From a virus: 64,000 nucleotides of DNA. The DNA is taken from IMG/VR virus record IMGVR_UViG_3300021375_000013, positions 35,765 through 99,764 of that record. One strand, 5' to 3'. The notes under the pieces were generated by a model. It had not been told where the DNA came from and did not search any database. It saw nothing but the letters and a program-made list of their open reading frames with translations. Position numbers and translations under genes: made by a program. Positions 19,893-29,158 of the stretch are shown piece by piece (within the stretch, counting starts at the first letter, position 1; the number at the start of each line of letters is the position of its first letter).

Positions 19893-20294
19893 ATGAAAAC
19901 ACAATTATTGTGTACATTTACTTCAAAGGATGGGTTACAAAAGACTCTGCAGGATATCAGAGAGACTTATGTGATAGTGTATAACTATATCTATATCTTA
20001 CAAAATAAATCAAACTTAGATGAACTTTACGTTACCTATAATATAAATACGGAGTTCAAACCACCACAACCTTTAGAAGATACAATACTAATACACAGAA
20101 AAAAAGAATCAAATACTTTATATACCATTAACGCACTAAACCAATTAGTGAGAGAAGAAAATGGTGGTGTATTAGATAAGACATTTGTAATAGACTGGCA
20201 AAAATTTAGAAATTCAATAATACTTACAAATACTGAGGGTACGAAACGTATTCAGACTCGTATCTTTGAGGTTATAGAATTTAATCAGAAATAA
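19893..20294 (+). CDS. Conserved phage hypothetical protein
   Basis: QLLCTF...TYNI...TILIHRKKESNTLYTINALN...W..FRNSIILT; preceded by ATATTTATA. Confidence 0.65.
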   Translation: MKTQLLCTFTSKDGLQKTLQDIRETYVIVYNYIYILQNKSNLDELYVTYNINTEFKPPQPLEDTILIHRKKESNTLYTINALNQLVREENGGVLDKTFVIDWQKFRNSIILTNTEGTKRIQTRIFEVIEFNQK

Positions 20295-20306
20295 AAAACA
20301 CATAGT

Positions 20307-21218
20307 ATGCTATTAAAAGTAGGTTCAAGAGGAGAAGATGTAAAAGCAGTTCAACAATTCTTAGGATTGGGTGCTGATGGTATCTTTGGTAAAGGAACGG
20401 AACAAGCCGTAAAAGATTTTCAATCCTTAAATGGATTAACTGCTGATGGTTTAGTTGGAAAAGGAACTTGGGCAGCAATGGGATTAAATGATACTGATGT
20501 AACTGGACAAGAAGAATCAGATGCACCAGATATCTACTCAAAGAAAAAAGTAAACGAAGGTGGATTGGAGTATGTAGAATACTTTATGCCTGAAGATGAA
20601 TACAAACATGGGCCTGTAAAATACGAATACCTTTTCTTACACCACACCGCTGGATGGCATAATCCATACAAATGTATTGAGTATTGGGATAGAGATGGTG
20701 GAACTATTGCAACTGAATGGGTAATGGGTGGACCATCAGTAAAAGGAAACAACGAAGTATATGATGGAGAATTAGTACAATGTTTCCCACAAGGTAACTA
20801 CGCATGGCACTTAGGTAAAAATGGTTCACAACATATGCATGTACACTCAGTAGGAATTGAGATTTGTAACTTTGGATATGTGGTAAATGGAAAAACTTAT
20901 GCTGGTACTCAAGTAGCAGATTCACAAATCGTAACTCTAAAAGAAGAATTTAGAGGACACAAAACTTGGCATAGATATTCTGATAAACAAATCGAACAAT
21001 TAGAAAAGTGGATGAAGTTTATCGGTGAAAGAGATGGAATTGATATCAGAGCTGGATTACCTACTTTAATCAAAGAAAAAGGTGCAGCTGCATTTGAGTT
21101 CAACGAAGATGCTTACTATGGTAAAGTAAAAGGAACTTGGACACATACTAATACTCGTAAAGATAAATTCGATTTATTCCCTCAACAAGAGTTGATGGAT
21201 ATGTTAGTATCTCTATAA
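20307..21218 (+). CDS. Endolysin: peptidoglycan-binding domain plus N-acetylmuramoyl-L-alanine amidase (Amidase_2)
   Basis: LKVGSRGEDVK..Q..LG..ADGIFG..T..AVK.FQ...GL.ADG.VG..TW; catalytic LHHTAG, AWH, SVGIEICN, H...RKDKFD. Confidence 0.9.
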   Translation: MLLKVGSRGEDVKAVQQFLGLGADGIFGKGTEQAVKDFQSLNGLTADGLVGKGTWAAMGLNDTDVTGQEESDAPDIYSKKKVNEGGLEYVEYFMPEDEYKHGPVKYEYLFLHHTAGWHNPYKCIEYWDRDGGTIATEWVMGGPSVKGNNEVYDGELVQCFPQGNYAWHLGKNGSQHMHVHSVGIEICNFGYVVNGKTYAGTQVADSQIVTLKEEFRGHKTWHRYSDKQIEQLEKWMKFIGERDGIDIRAGLPTLIKEKGAAAFEFNEDAYYGKVKGTWTHTNTRKDKFDLFPQQELMDMLVSL

Positions 21219-21232
21219 TATAAAAGTTAGTT

Positions 21233-21781
21233 ATGACACTTACACTTTCTGGTCAAATAGCGGCAGGTAATATAAACCAAGAGTTTGGTAGAGCATATTC
21301 TACCTATATGTCTATTTGGCATGCTAGAAATGGTAGTTATGGTTCTATCAACACTCAATCAGCAAGGTATCCAACAAATGGAATCAGTAAAGCAAATAAT
21401 GGTTATGCTTATTCCGATTGGTATGGATATAGGCATAATGCAGTAAGTGCTACAATAAATCTTTTTCAAAGTGAAAGAAGTGCCGATGCAGATACTAGAG
21501 CTTGGGAATTTAGATATAATGGAACAGCTTTAGGTCAAAGTTGGCAATGGGGAACCACAAGTATACGTGGTTGGCTTCGTATTCCATATGGAAATGGCTT
21601 AGATGTTTATTTTGATAATAGTATTGGTTGGGGTTCATCTTGGACAACTGCTTTTAGAGCTATATATTCAAATCAAAGAGGATGGCTTTTAAATGTAAGA
21701 GAACCTGCAAGAAATTATAGAAATTATTCTAGATTATATGTTCAATCATCAGAAAATGTTAGTATTTATAATCAAAGTTAA
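21233..21781 (+). CDS. Trp-rich putative fibre-tip/adhesin-like virion protein
   Basis: MTL..SGQI....IN.EFG...SDWYGY N-terminus resembles small phage adhesin N-domains; 9 Trp in 182 aa. Confidence 0.45.
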   Translation: MTLTLSGQIAAGNINQEFGRAYSTYMSIWHARNGSYGSINTQSARYPTNGISKANNGYAYSDWYGYRHNAVSATINLFQSERSADADTRAWEFRYNGTALGQSWQWGTTSIRGWLRIPYGNGLDVYFDNSIGWGSSWTTAFRAIYSNQRGWLLNVREPARNYRNYSRLYVQSSENVSIYNQS

Positions 21782-21792
21782 AAAAAGTTATT

Positions 21793-22041
21793 ATGGCAAA
21801 TCATTATTTTAAAGAAAGAGATTCTTATTTTAAGTTAGTAGATGAAACACATGAGGTAATTTGTGTAACTACTAACTTTACAAATAAATGCATAGCTATT
21901 AGTTTTGATAACGATGGTGGATATGAAAATATGAGAGATGCATATATAGGTGGTGATGTGGCTGGTGTTGAACTTATATCTGAAGAACTCTTTGAGGCAA
22001 AAAGAGATGAAGTAAAGGATTACATAATTGAAAATCTATAA
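21793..22041 (+). CDS. Small hypothetical protein (paralog of 22044-22346)
   Basis: Shares YFK..D...YE..RD...ISE.L.E.K..E.K.YII..L with the next ORF. Confidence 0.6.
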   Translation: MANHYFKERDSYFKLVDETHEVICVTTNFTNKCIAISFDNDGGYENMRDAYIGGDVAGVELISEELFEAKRDEVKDYIIENL

Positions 22042-22043
22042 AA

Positions 22044-22346
22044 ATGGGTAATTGGTTTGTAAAATCTTTTGATAACTACTTTAAATTTATAGATGATGAT
22101 TCATCTATGATAGTATTAACATCAGGTAGTATAAATGAAAGTGGTAGTGTAGATACTGTAATTTCTTACAATTTTTTATCTGAGAGTGTACCTAAATATG
22201 AAAGTATTAGAGATTCTTTTATATCATCATCATTTTTTACATCATCATATACAGGTTCATCAGAACCAGTACCACAAATTATTAGTGAATCCCTTTGGGA
22301 AGAAAAGAAAACAGAATTAAAAAGTTATATAATAAATAGTTTATAA
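22044..22346 (+). CDS. Small Ser-rich hypothetical protein (paralog of 21793-22041)
   Basis: Same scaffold as the previous ORF plus SGS/SSS/TSS/TGS motifs. Confidence 0.6.
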   Translation: MGNWFVKSFDNYFKFIDDDSSMIVLTSGSINESGSVDTVISYNFLSESVPKYESIRDSFISSSFFTSSYTGSSEPVPQIISESLWEEKKTELKSYIINSL

Positions 22347-23879
22347 ATGAAAATAGTTATAGCGGGTGGAGGAACTGCTGGTTGGTTATCAGCATTATTC
22401 CTAGCCAAACAAAATCTACATAGAGATAAACCAGCATACGATATCACTTTAATAGAAAGTGAAGATATTCCTATAATCGGAGCTGGTGAAGGTTCAACTG
22501 GAGTACTACAAAAAGTACTTTTATCAACACTAACACAATTAGAAGGATTTGGAGAGCAAGAGTTTTTTCAACATTGTAACACTACATTTAAATTAGGAAT
22601 TGATTGTATTGATTGGAATGGAGTAGGTGATAGATTCTTTGAATCGTTATCTGGAACACAAACTTCATTGTGGCCATTGGATAGAGATTTTACTCTTTGT
22701 TCAAAATATGGAGTAGCTGCAGAATCTAGTCCTAACAAATATCTTTGGGAAAAAAATCTAACACCATTTTTAAAAGCTGAAAGTAGTGATAGTTACGAAA
22801 CTGGATATGCTTATCACTTTGATGCACATAAAGTTGGTGAGTGGTTTAAAAAGATTGCATTAGAAAACGGAATCAAACTTCAAATAGGTACAATAACTGA
22901 TACAAATCTAAATCCTAAAAATGGTGAATTACAAAAAGTAATTTTAAAAGATGGAACTGAAATAGAATCTGATTTTTGGATTGATTGTACTGGATTCAAT
23001 AGAGTATTAAGTAATGCAGTTGGAGCAGAGTGGGTTTCATATTCAGAATACTTACCAATCAATTCAGCATTAGTTTACACACATCAATATGAAGAGAATG
23101 AAGAAATACCAAATGTAACAACTGCTTGGGCAATGCCAAATGGTTGGATGTGGCAAATTCCAACTCAAGAAAGATTAGGATGTGGATATTGTTATTCTGA
23201 TAAGTTTGTATCTGAGGAACAAGCTCTGAAAGAACTACAAGAAGTTACTGGTAGAAAGATAACACCTCTTAGAACTATTAAGTTTGATAGTGGTAGGTTA
23301 AACGAAGTTTGGAAAAAGAATGTACTTTCAATAGGATTATCATCTTCCTTCTTAGAACCATTAGAAGCAACATCGATACATTCATCTATAATTCAGTTAG
23401 TACAATTAACACAACATCACTTATCACCTTACAAAGAGGATATGATGAGAGAATCAAACGTCAAAGCAAATAATGAACACTTTAATATGATGTTAGATGA
23501 ATTTAGAGGTTTGATTCAAATGCACTATATTACAAAAAGAAATGATACTCCATTTTGGAAATATGTACACAATGATTTGAAAAGAGACCCATTGGTTGAA
23601 AGTATTTTAGAAGTATGTAAATGGAGAGTTCCCAATGCTAATGATTTTCCACATTACAATGGTTCAGCTGGTTGGGGTGTGTTTAATTGGATATTAGCAG
23701 GTAATGATTTAATTAGTAAAGAGGTATTAGATAAATCCTTACATACTCATAATTTTGAAAAATCATCTGAACAAATTTATAAACATATGGTAAAACAGTA
23801 TACATTTGATAGTAAACAACACTTTCCACATACTGATTTTATCAAATGGACAAAAGATTTCGCAAAAAATCCAAAATAA
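22347..23879 (+). CDS. Flavin-dependent tryptophan halogenase family protein (PrnA-like)
   Basis: GGGTAGW FAD motif, IGAGEGS, catalytic Lys in TFKLGI, YHFDA, IDCTGF, GWMWQIP (WxWxIP), FLEPLEATSI. Confidence 0.9.
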   Translation: MKIVIAGGGTAGWLSALFLAKQNLHRDKPAYDITLIESEDIPIIGAGEGSTGVLQKVLLSTLTQLEGFGEQEFFQHCNTTFKLGIDCIDWNGVGDRFFESLSGTQTSLWPLDRDFTLCSKYGVAAESSPNKYLWEKNLTPFLKAESSDSYETGYAYHFDAHKVGEWFKKIALENGIKLQIGTITDTNLNPKNGELQKVILKDGTEIESDFWIDCTGFNRVLSNAVGAEWVSYSEYLPINSALVYTHQYEENEEIPNVTTAWAMPNGWMWQIPTQERLGCGYCYSDKFVSEEQALKELQEVTGRKITPLRTIKFDSGRLNEVWKKNVLSIGLSSSFLEPLEATSIHSSIIQLVQLTQHHLSPYKEDMMRESNVKANNEHFNMMLDEFRGLIQMHYITKRNDTPFWKYVHNDLKRDPLVESILEVCKWRVPNANDFPHYNGSAGWGVFNWILAGNDLISKEVLDKSLHTHNFEKSSEQIYKHMVKQYTFDSKQHFPHTDFIKWTKDFAKNPK

Positions 23880-23880
23880 A

Positions 23881-23991
23881 TTTGGTAATCTCAAAATAAT
23901 TTCTTATATTTGTATCAACAAATGAGAAAATCAGCATTTCAAAAAAAAAGTAAAAAAGATTTGGAATTGTTGAAAACTTTTCGTATATTTG
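23881..23991 (+). promoter_or_regulatory. Two tandem Bacteroidota-type promoters upstream of SSB
   Basis: TTTG-N20-TATATTTG at 23881-23912 and again at 23960-23991. Confidence 0.8.
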
Positions 23992-24109
23992 TATAAATAA
24001 ATGGAGATAGACCTTCTTAAAACTAGGTTTTTTGATATTTATATAAGGTGTAGGAAAGACACCATAATAAAACCATTAAAATAAATAAAACTTTAAAATT
24101 TAAACAATT

Positions 24110-24934
24110 ATGGCACTAGATTTAAGCGCAATCAGAGGTAGACTGAACAAACTACAAAACACTTCCAATAGAACATCTAATCTATGGAAACCCACACCGG
24201 GTAAACATCAAGTAAGAATCGTTCCTTACAAATTCTCTCCTGAGAATCCTTTCATTGAATTATTCTTCCATTACAACATCAACAACAAAACGTATTTGTC
24301 TCCTTCTTCTTTTGGAAGACCAGACCCTATCGTTGAGTTTGCTGAAAAGTTGAAAAGAATGGGTGATAAAGAAGATTGGAAAGCAGCTAAGAAGATGGAA
24401 CCAAAATTAAGAACTTTTGTACCTGTACTTGTAAGAGGAGAGGAATCAGAAGGAGTTAAGTTCTGGGGATTCGGAAAGACTGTTTATCAGGAAATCTTAG
24501 GTTACATCGCTGATCCTGATTATGGAGATATTACTGACCCTACCAATGGTAGAGATATTACTATCGAATATACATCAGCTGAAGATGCAGGAACTTCTTA
24601 TCCTGTAACTACTATCCGTGTTAAACCTAATGTAACTCCATTAGGAGAAGATGCAACGGCAAATCAAAACTTTATGGAAACTCAAAGTAACATTACTGAT
24701 ATCTATTCAGAATTATCTTACGATGAGTTGAAATCAGTATTAGAAGGTTGGTTGAACCCAACAGCTGAAGAAGCTGAAGAGAGTGTTTCACAACAATCTC
24801 TAGCAACTCCATCAGCACCGAAAACTGAAGCTAAAGCAGCACCAGCTGCAGCACCTTCAAACGCGGTAAGTACTGAAGAGAAAAAGAAAATGGATGATGT
24901 TGCATCAGCATTTGATGATTTATTTAACGGATAA
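24110..24934 (+). CDS. Single-stranded DNA-binding protein (T4 gp32-like)
   Basis: LWKP..GK..VRIVP, G..DPI.E, GVKFWGFGKTVY, DITDP..GRD, acidic tail AFDDLF. Confidence 0.9.
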   Translation: MALDLSAIRGRLNKLQNTSNRTSNLWKPTPGKHQVRIVPYKFSPENPFIELFFHYNINNKTYLSPSSFGRPDPIVEFAEKLKRMGDKEDWKAAKKMEPKLRTFVPVLVRGEESEGVKFWGFGKTVYQEILGYIADPDYGDITDPTNGRDITIEYTSAEDAGTSYPVTTIRVKPNVTPLGEDATANQNFMETQSNITDIYSELSYDELKSVLEGWLNPTAEEAEESVSQQSLATPSAPKTEAKAAPAAAPSNAVSTEEKKKMDDVASAFDDLFNG

Positions 24935-24944
24935 TATACACTAA

Positions 24945-26063
24945 ATGGCAAAAAAAGAAATGGACTTAGCGGCGGAACTAGCTTCCGAGCTAAACAAAAC
25001 AAACAAAGACCAAAAGGTTGCCTTCTTCTTAGGAGAGAATGATGCACCCACAAATGTGGATGGATGGATATCAACTGGCTGTGCTATGTTAGATGTTGCC
25101 ATTTCGAATCGCCCTTATGGTGGACTTCCTGTTGGAAGGATTACTGAAGTAACTGGTTTAGAACAAAGTGGAAAATCATTAGTATCTGCACACCTCCTTG
25201 CTGAAACACAAAAGCAAGGCGGTGTTGCGGTTCTAATCGATACTGAAACTGCGGTAAGTAGAGAGTTCTTAGAAGCAATTGGTGTAGATGTAGCAAAACT
25301 ACTTTATGTATCAGCTGATTCGGTAGAACAAATTTTCGAATTTACTGAAACAATCATTGAAAAGGTAAGAACCACACAAAAGGATAAATTAGTTACAATT
25401 GTAGTAGATTCAGTTGCAGCAGCTTCAACTAAGAATGAGTTGGCAGCTGATTATGGCAAAGATGGATATGCTACTGATAAAGCTATTATTATCTCAAAAG
25501 CGATGAGAAAGATTACCAATCTAATTGGTAGGCAAAAAATCACCTTAGTATTCACTAATCAATTAAGACAAAAGATGAATGCTATGTTTGGTGACCCTTG
25601 GACTACTTCTGGAGGAAAAGCTCTTGCATTCCATGCATCGGTTAGACTTCGTTTGAAGAATATGGGACAAATCAAACAAAAGGTAAATGGTAAAGATAGA
25701 ACCATTGGTATGAAAGTTAGATGTCAAGTGATTAAGAATAGAATGGGACCACCTCTTAGAGCGGCTGATTTTGAAATCTTCTTCGATAGAGGAATCGATA
25801 ACTTCGGTTCTTGGATTGGAGTAATGAAAGAAAATAAGTTAGTATCACAAGGTGGAGCATGGTACACATATGTTGATACGGAAACTGGTGAGGAAATTAA
25901 ATTCCAATCCAAAGATTTCATCGATTTGATGGAAGAAAGAGAAGATGTTAAAGAACAAATCTATAAAAAGATTTGTGAAGCAACTATCTTACAATACAAA
26001 TCAGATTCTAAAGATATCGAAGCACATGAGTTAGATACTGAGGGAGCTGAGGTAGTAGATTAA
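24945..26063 (+). CDS. uvsX: RecA/UvsX recombinase
   Basis: ISTG...LD, GGLPVGRITEVTGLEQSGKS (Walker A), IDTE, VVDSVAA, NQLR, TTSGGKALAFHASVRL, KNR.GPP. Confidence 0.95.
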   Translation: MAKKEMDLAAELASELNKTNKDQKVAFFLGENDAPTNVDGWISTGCAMLDVAISNRPYGGLPVGRITEVTGLEQSGKSLVSAHLLAETQKQGGVAVLIDTETAVSREFLEAIGVDVAKLLYVSADSVEQIFEFTETIIEKVRTTQKDKLVTIVVDSVAAASTKNELAADYGKDGYATDKAIIISKAMRKITNLIGRQKITLVFTNQLRQKMNAMFGDPWTTSGGKALAFHASVRLRLKNMGQIKQKVNGKDRTIGMKVRCQVIKNRMGPPLRAADFEIFFDRGIDNFGSWIGVMKENKLVSQGGAWYTYVDTETGEEIKFQSKDFIDLMEEREDVKEQIYKKICEATILQYKSDSKDIEAHELDTEGAEVVD

Positions 26064-26078
26064 ATAAAATAATAAGTT

Positions 26079-26324
26079 ATGAGCAAATTAAAAGAAATGT
26101 TACAAGCATCTGCGAAAGCAGATAGAGCGAAAGCACTCCTTACTTTGGAGTTGTTAGAGAATAAAGCAGTAGGTATTGGAGACCACTCAACTGAGGATTT
26201 TTATAAAAACGCAGAAGAGGCACTATCCAAACTATGTGATGCAGAAGATAGATTACAAACTATCGATAATTATTTCGGTGAAGGTATTCACAACTATTTT
26301 TCTGATTCAACAACAACTACATAA
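26079..26324 (+). CDS. Conserved small phage hypothetical protein
   Basis: L...AVGIGDHS...AEDRL pattern common in T4-like phages. Confidence 0.65.
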   Translation: MSKLKEMLQASAKADRAKALLTLELLENKAVGIGDHSTEDFYKNAEEALSKLCDAEDRLQTIDNYFGEGIHNYFSDSTTTT

Positions 26325-27370
26325 TGAAAGACCTCTATAAAAACATTCTAAACGAAGTTGAGCAGGAACGAGAAACTAATCACCTTCGAGAAAGAAATAG
26401 TAGAGTTCTAATTATTGATGGACTAAACACCTTTATCCGTAGCTGGACAACCAACCCTACAATGAATGAGGATGGTGACCATACGGGTGGGGTGATTGGC
26501 TCCCTCAAATCTATTGGATACCAAATTAGAGAATTTAATCCAACCCGATGTATCGTAACCTTTGATGGTAAAGATGGTTCTCAATCCAGAAAGAAAATCC
26601 ACGAAGGATATAAAGCTGGTAGAGAAAAGAACCGATTTAGAGTAAACCGTCAATATCAAGGTATGATGGATGAGGAAGAGGAAAGATTATCTATGAAACA
26701 ACAATTCGTTTGGTTAAATGATATTTTAGATTATCTACCAGTATCAACAATGATTTATGATGGTATTGAAGCAGATGATACAATAGCATATATAACTAAA
26801 CACAATGAATCAGATTTAGGTAATGAGGTTGTTATTGTTTCAACTGATAAAGATTTCCTTCAATTGGTTTCTGATAAGGTAAAGGTATTCTCACCAACTA
26901 AAAAGAAGTTATACGATAGACAGATGGTGTTTGATGAGTATGGAATTTGGCCTGAGAATCTTTTATTATATAGAACATTGGATGGTGACAAATCAGATAA
27001 CATACCAGGCATCAGAGGATGTGGTATTAAAACTCTTTTAAAGAGGTTTCCTGAACTTTCTGAAGATAGAACTATAACACATAAAGAATTCTTTGAACTG
27101 TGTGAGGAGAAGCAAGGTAAAATCAAAATGTATGATGATATCTTAAAAGCAAAAGACCAACTTCTTATGAACAAAAGATTGATGGAGTTAGACCAACCCC
27201 ACATTCCAACAAATCAGAAGTTGAAAATCTTAGATAGATTCAATCAGAATGATATTGAATTTAAGAAGTTAGATTTTCTTAGAGTAGGTCAAAAATACAA
27301 AATTCTTCAAAATTGGAGAGATATTAACGATTGGTTACATTCAACCTTTCATAATATTATTACAAAATAA
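26324..27370 (+). CDS. rnh: 5'-3' exonuclease / RNase H (FEN family)
   Basis: IIDGLN, FDG, YKAGR, EADD.IA, STDKDFLQ, GDKSDNIPGIRG.G.KT. Confidence 0.95.
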   Translation: MKDLYKNILNEVEQERETNHLRERNSRVLIIDGLNTFIRSWTTNPTMNEDGDHTGGVIGSLKSIGYQIREFNPTRCIVTFDGKDGSQSRKKIHEGYKAGREKNRFRVNRQYQGMMDEEEERLSMKQQFVWLNDILDYLPVSTMIYDGIEADDTIAYITKHNESDLGNEVVIVSTDKDFLQLVSDKVKVFSPTKKKLYDRQMVFDEYGIWPENLLLYRTLDGDKSDNIPGIRGCGIKTLLKRFPELSEDRTITHKEFFELCEEKQGKIKMYDDILKAKDQLLMNKRLMELDQPHIPTNQKLKILDRFNQNDIEFKKLDFLRVGQKYKILQNWRDINDWLHSTFHNIITK

Positions 27371-27371
27371 A

Positions 27372-27403
27372 TTAGGTTTATTCAAATATTTTTCTTATAT
27401 TTG
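27372..27403 (+). promoter_or_regulatory. Bacteroidota-type promoter upstream of helicase
   Basis: TTAG-N20-TATATTTG. Confidence 0.7.
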
Positions 27404-27424
27404 TAAAATCAAATTAGGTTATAG

Positions 27425-28783
27425 ATGCAAAATATAGATACTCTTTCCAAATACGGACAATCATTTCAAACAAAGGTTTTATCATCTTTGATTACTGATG
27501 TTCGTTTATTGGATACTCTTAGTGAGATTATACATCCAAAGTTTTTTGAAGCTGAAGCTAATAAATGGATAGCAGAAGAGATTGTTTCTTATTACGATGA
27601 GTTTAAGAAATCTCCAACGTTAGATGTTTTCAAATCAGAGGTTTCAAAGTTAGATGATAGAGGTTTTCAGAAAAGTATAGTGGAGCAACTAAAATCAGTA
27701 TTTACCAAAGTTGGTGATTCTGATTTAGATTATGTAAAGAAAGAGTTTTCTTCTTTTTGTATCAACCAAAACCTAAAACAAGCTATTGTTAGTTCAGTTG
27801 ATTTACTAAAAGCTGGTAACTATGATAGAATCAAAGATTTAGTAGATAAAGCAATGAAGGTAGGAGTGGATTCAGATATGGGACACGATTACCTTTTAGA
27901 TTTTGAAGAAAGAACTAACGAAGTTAATAGAAGTACAGTTCCAACTGGTTGGGATTGTATTAATGAATTGATGGATGGTGGTTTGGGACCTGGCGAATTA
28001 GGAGTAGCAGTAGCACCTTCTGGTGTTGGTAAAACTTGGGTACTATGTGCATTAGGAGCAGCAGCTGTTAAGCAAGGATTAAATGTAGTACATTACTCTT
28101 TAGAATTATCAGAACATTATGTGGGACAGAGATACGATACTGTATTTACACAAATCCCATCTGCAGATGTGAAAGATAAGAAAGAAGTAGTATTAGATAA
28201 AATTGGTAGATTAAGTGGAAAACTTCTTATTAAGTATTTCCCACCAAAAGGTATATCTGCTAAAAAATTAGAATCCCATATTGAAAAGATGACAGCAGCC
28301 GGAAATAAACCTGATTTGATAATTATTGACTATGCTGATTTGTTATTATCTCACACTAATAAATCTGATTCAACTTATGGAGAGCAAGGTGGAGTTTACA
28401 TTGAGTTGAGAGGTATTAGTGGTGAATTGGGTATTCCTATTTGGACAGCATCCCAAACCAATCGTTCAGCAATTGATTCGGAAGTTATTGAGGCTGATAA
28501 GGTAGCAGATTCCTACGCTAAGGTAATGAACGCTGATTTCATTATGAGTATCAGTAGAAAGAGTAAAGATAAATTGAACAATACTGCAAGGTTCCATATT
28601 ATGAAAAACCGATTTGGACCTGATGGAATTACTTTTCCTTCTAAGATGGATACTAACACTGGATTCATTGAGGTTTACGATGGTAACTCTTCAGATGGAA
28701 TCATCACACAAAAAGAATCTGCTAATGGAGAGCAAATGGAAAAGAAATTACTTCATAAAAAATATGTAGAGAATTTTGGATAG
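27425..28783 (+). CDS. Replicative DNA helicase (DnaB / T4 gp41-like)
   Basis: PTGW, GGLGPGEL...APSGVGKT, SLEL, IIDYADLL, WTASQTNR, KNRFGPDG. Confidence 0.95.
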   Translation: MQNIDTLSKYGQSFQTKVLSSLITDVRLLDTLSEIIHPKFFEAEANKWIAEEIVSYYDEFKKSPTLDVFKSEVSKLDDRGFQKSIVEQLKSVFTKVGDSDLDYVKKEFSSFCINQNLKQAIVSSVDLLKAGNYDRIKDLVDKAMKVGVDSDMGHDYLLDFEERTNEVNRSTVPTGWDCINELMDGGLGPGELGVAVAPSGVGKTWVLCALGAAAVKQGLNVVHYSLELSEHYVGQRYDTVFTQIPSADVKDKKEVVLDKIGRLSGKLLIKYFPPKGISAKKLESHIEKMTAAGNKPDLIIIDYADLLLSHTNKSDSTYGEQGGVYIELRGISGELGIPIWTASQTNRSAIDSEVIEADKVADSYAKVMNADFIMSISRKSKDKLNNTARFHIMKNRFGPDGITFPSKMDTNTGFIEVYDGNSSDGIITQKESANGEQMEKKLLHKKYVENFG

Positions 28784-28922
28784 TACTATCAAAATTGGTA
28801 AACTCTATAAAAAATATTTTAACAGTCAATTGAAAAGTTGATTAAAAAATATCAAAAACAAAAAAGTACTAAAAAACGTATTGGAAATATATTTTTTTTC
28901 AATATATACAATAGTTATAAAC

Positions 28923-28952
28923 ACCGAACAACATTCGAGTGTTCGGTTTTTT
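28923..28952 (+). terminator. Stem-loop plus T tract between helicase and the Hc1-like gene
   Basis: ACCGAACA-N9-TGTTCGGT followed by TTTTT. Confidence 0.6.
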
Positions 28953-28982
28953 AATTTAATTAATTTATAAAAAATAAAATTT

Positions 28983-29153
28983 ATGGCAAATTCACAACAA
29001 ATTTTCGAAGAAATCACAGAACTATTTTCTCAGTTTGAAGAAAATCACAACTCATCAACTAAAGCAGGTAAATCAAGAGCTAGAAAAGCAATTGGTGAAA
29101 TCAAAAAATTAGTAACTGATTATAGAAAAGCATCTGTAGAAGAAAATAAGTAA
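28983..29153 (+). CDS. Histone H1-like protein, Hc1 family (not in ORF track)
   Basis: Manual translation, 56 aa: MANSQQIFEEITELFSQFEENHNSSTKAGKSRARKAIGEIKKLVTDYRKASVEENK. The KA..RARK...E..K....(Y/F)RK.SV pattern matches Hc1-like proteins of Chlamydia and Bacteroidota. Confidence 0.75.
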   Translation: MANSQQIFEEITELFSQFEENHNSSTKAGKSRARKAIGEIKKLVTDYRKASVEENK

Positions 29154-29158
29154 TTAGA

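Noticed and set aside
23992-23999. Canonical T4 late promoter TATAAATA on the sense strand
   Set aside because: It abuts a host -7 box in very AT-rich DNA; structural genes use the ATA(T/C)TTATA motif instead.
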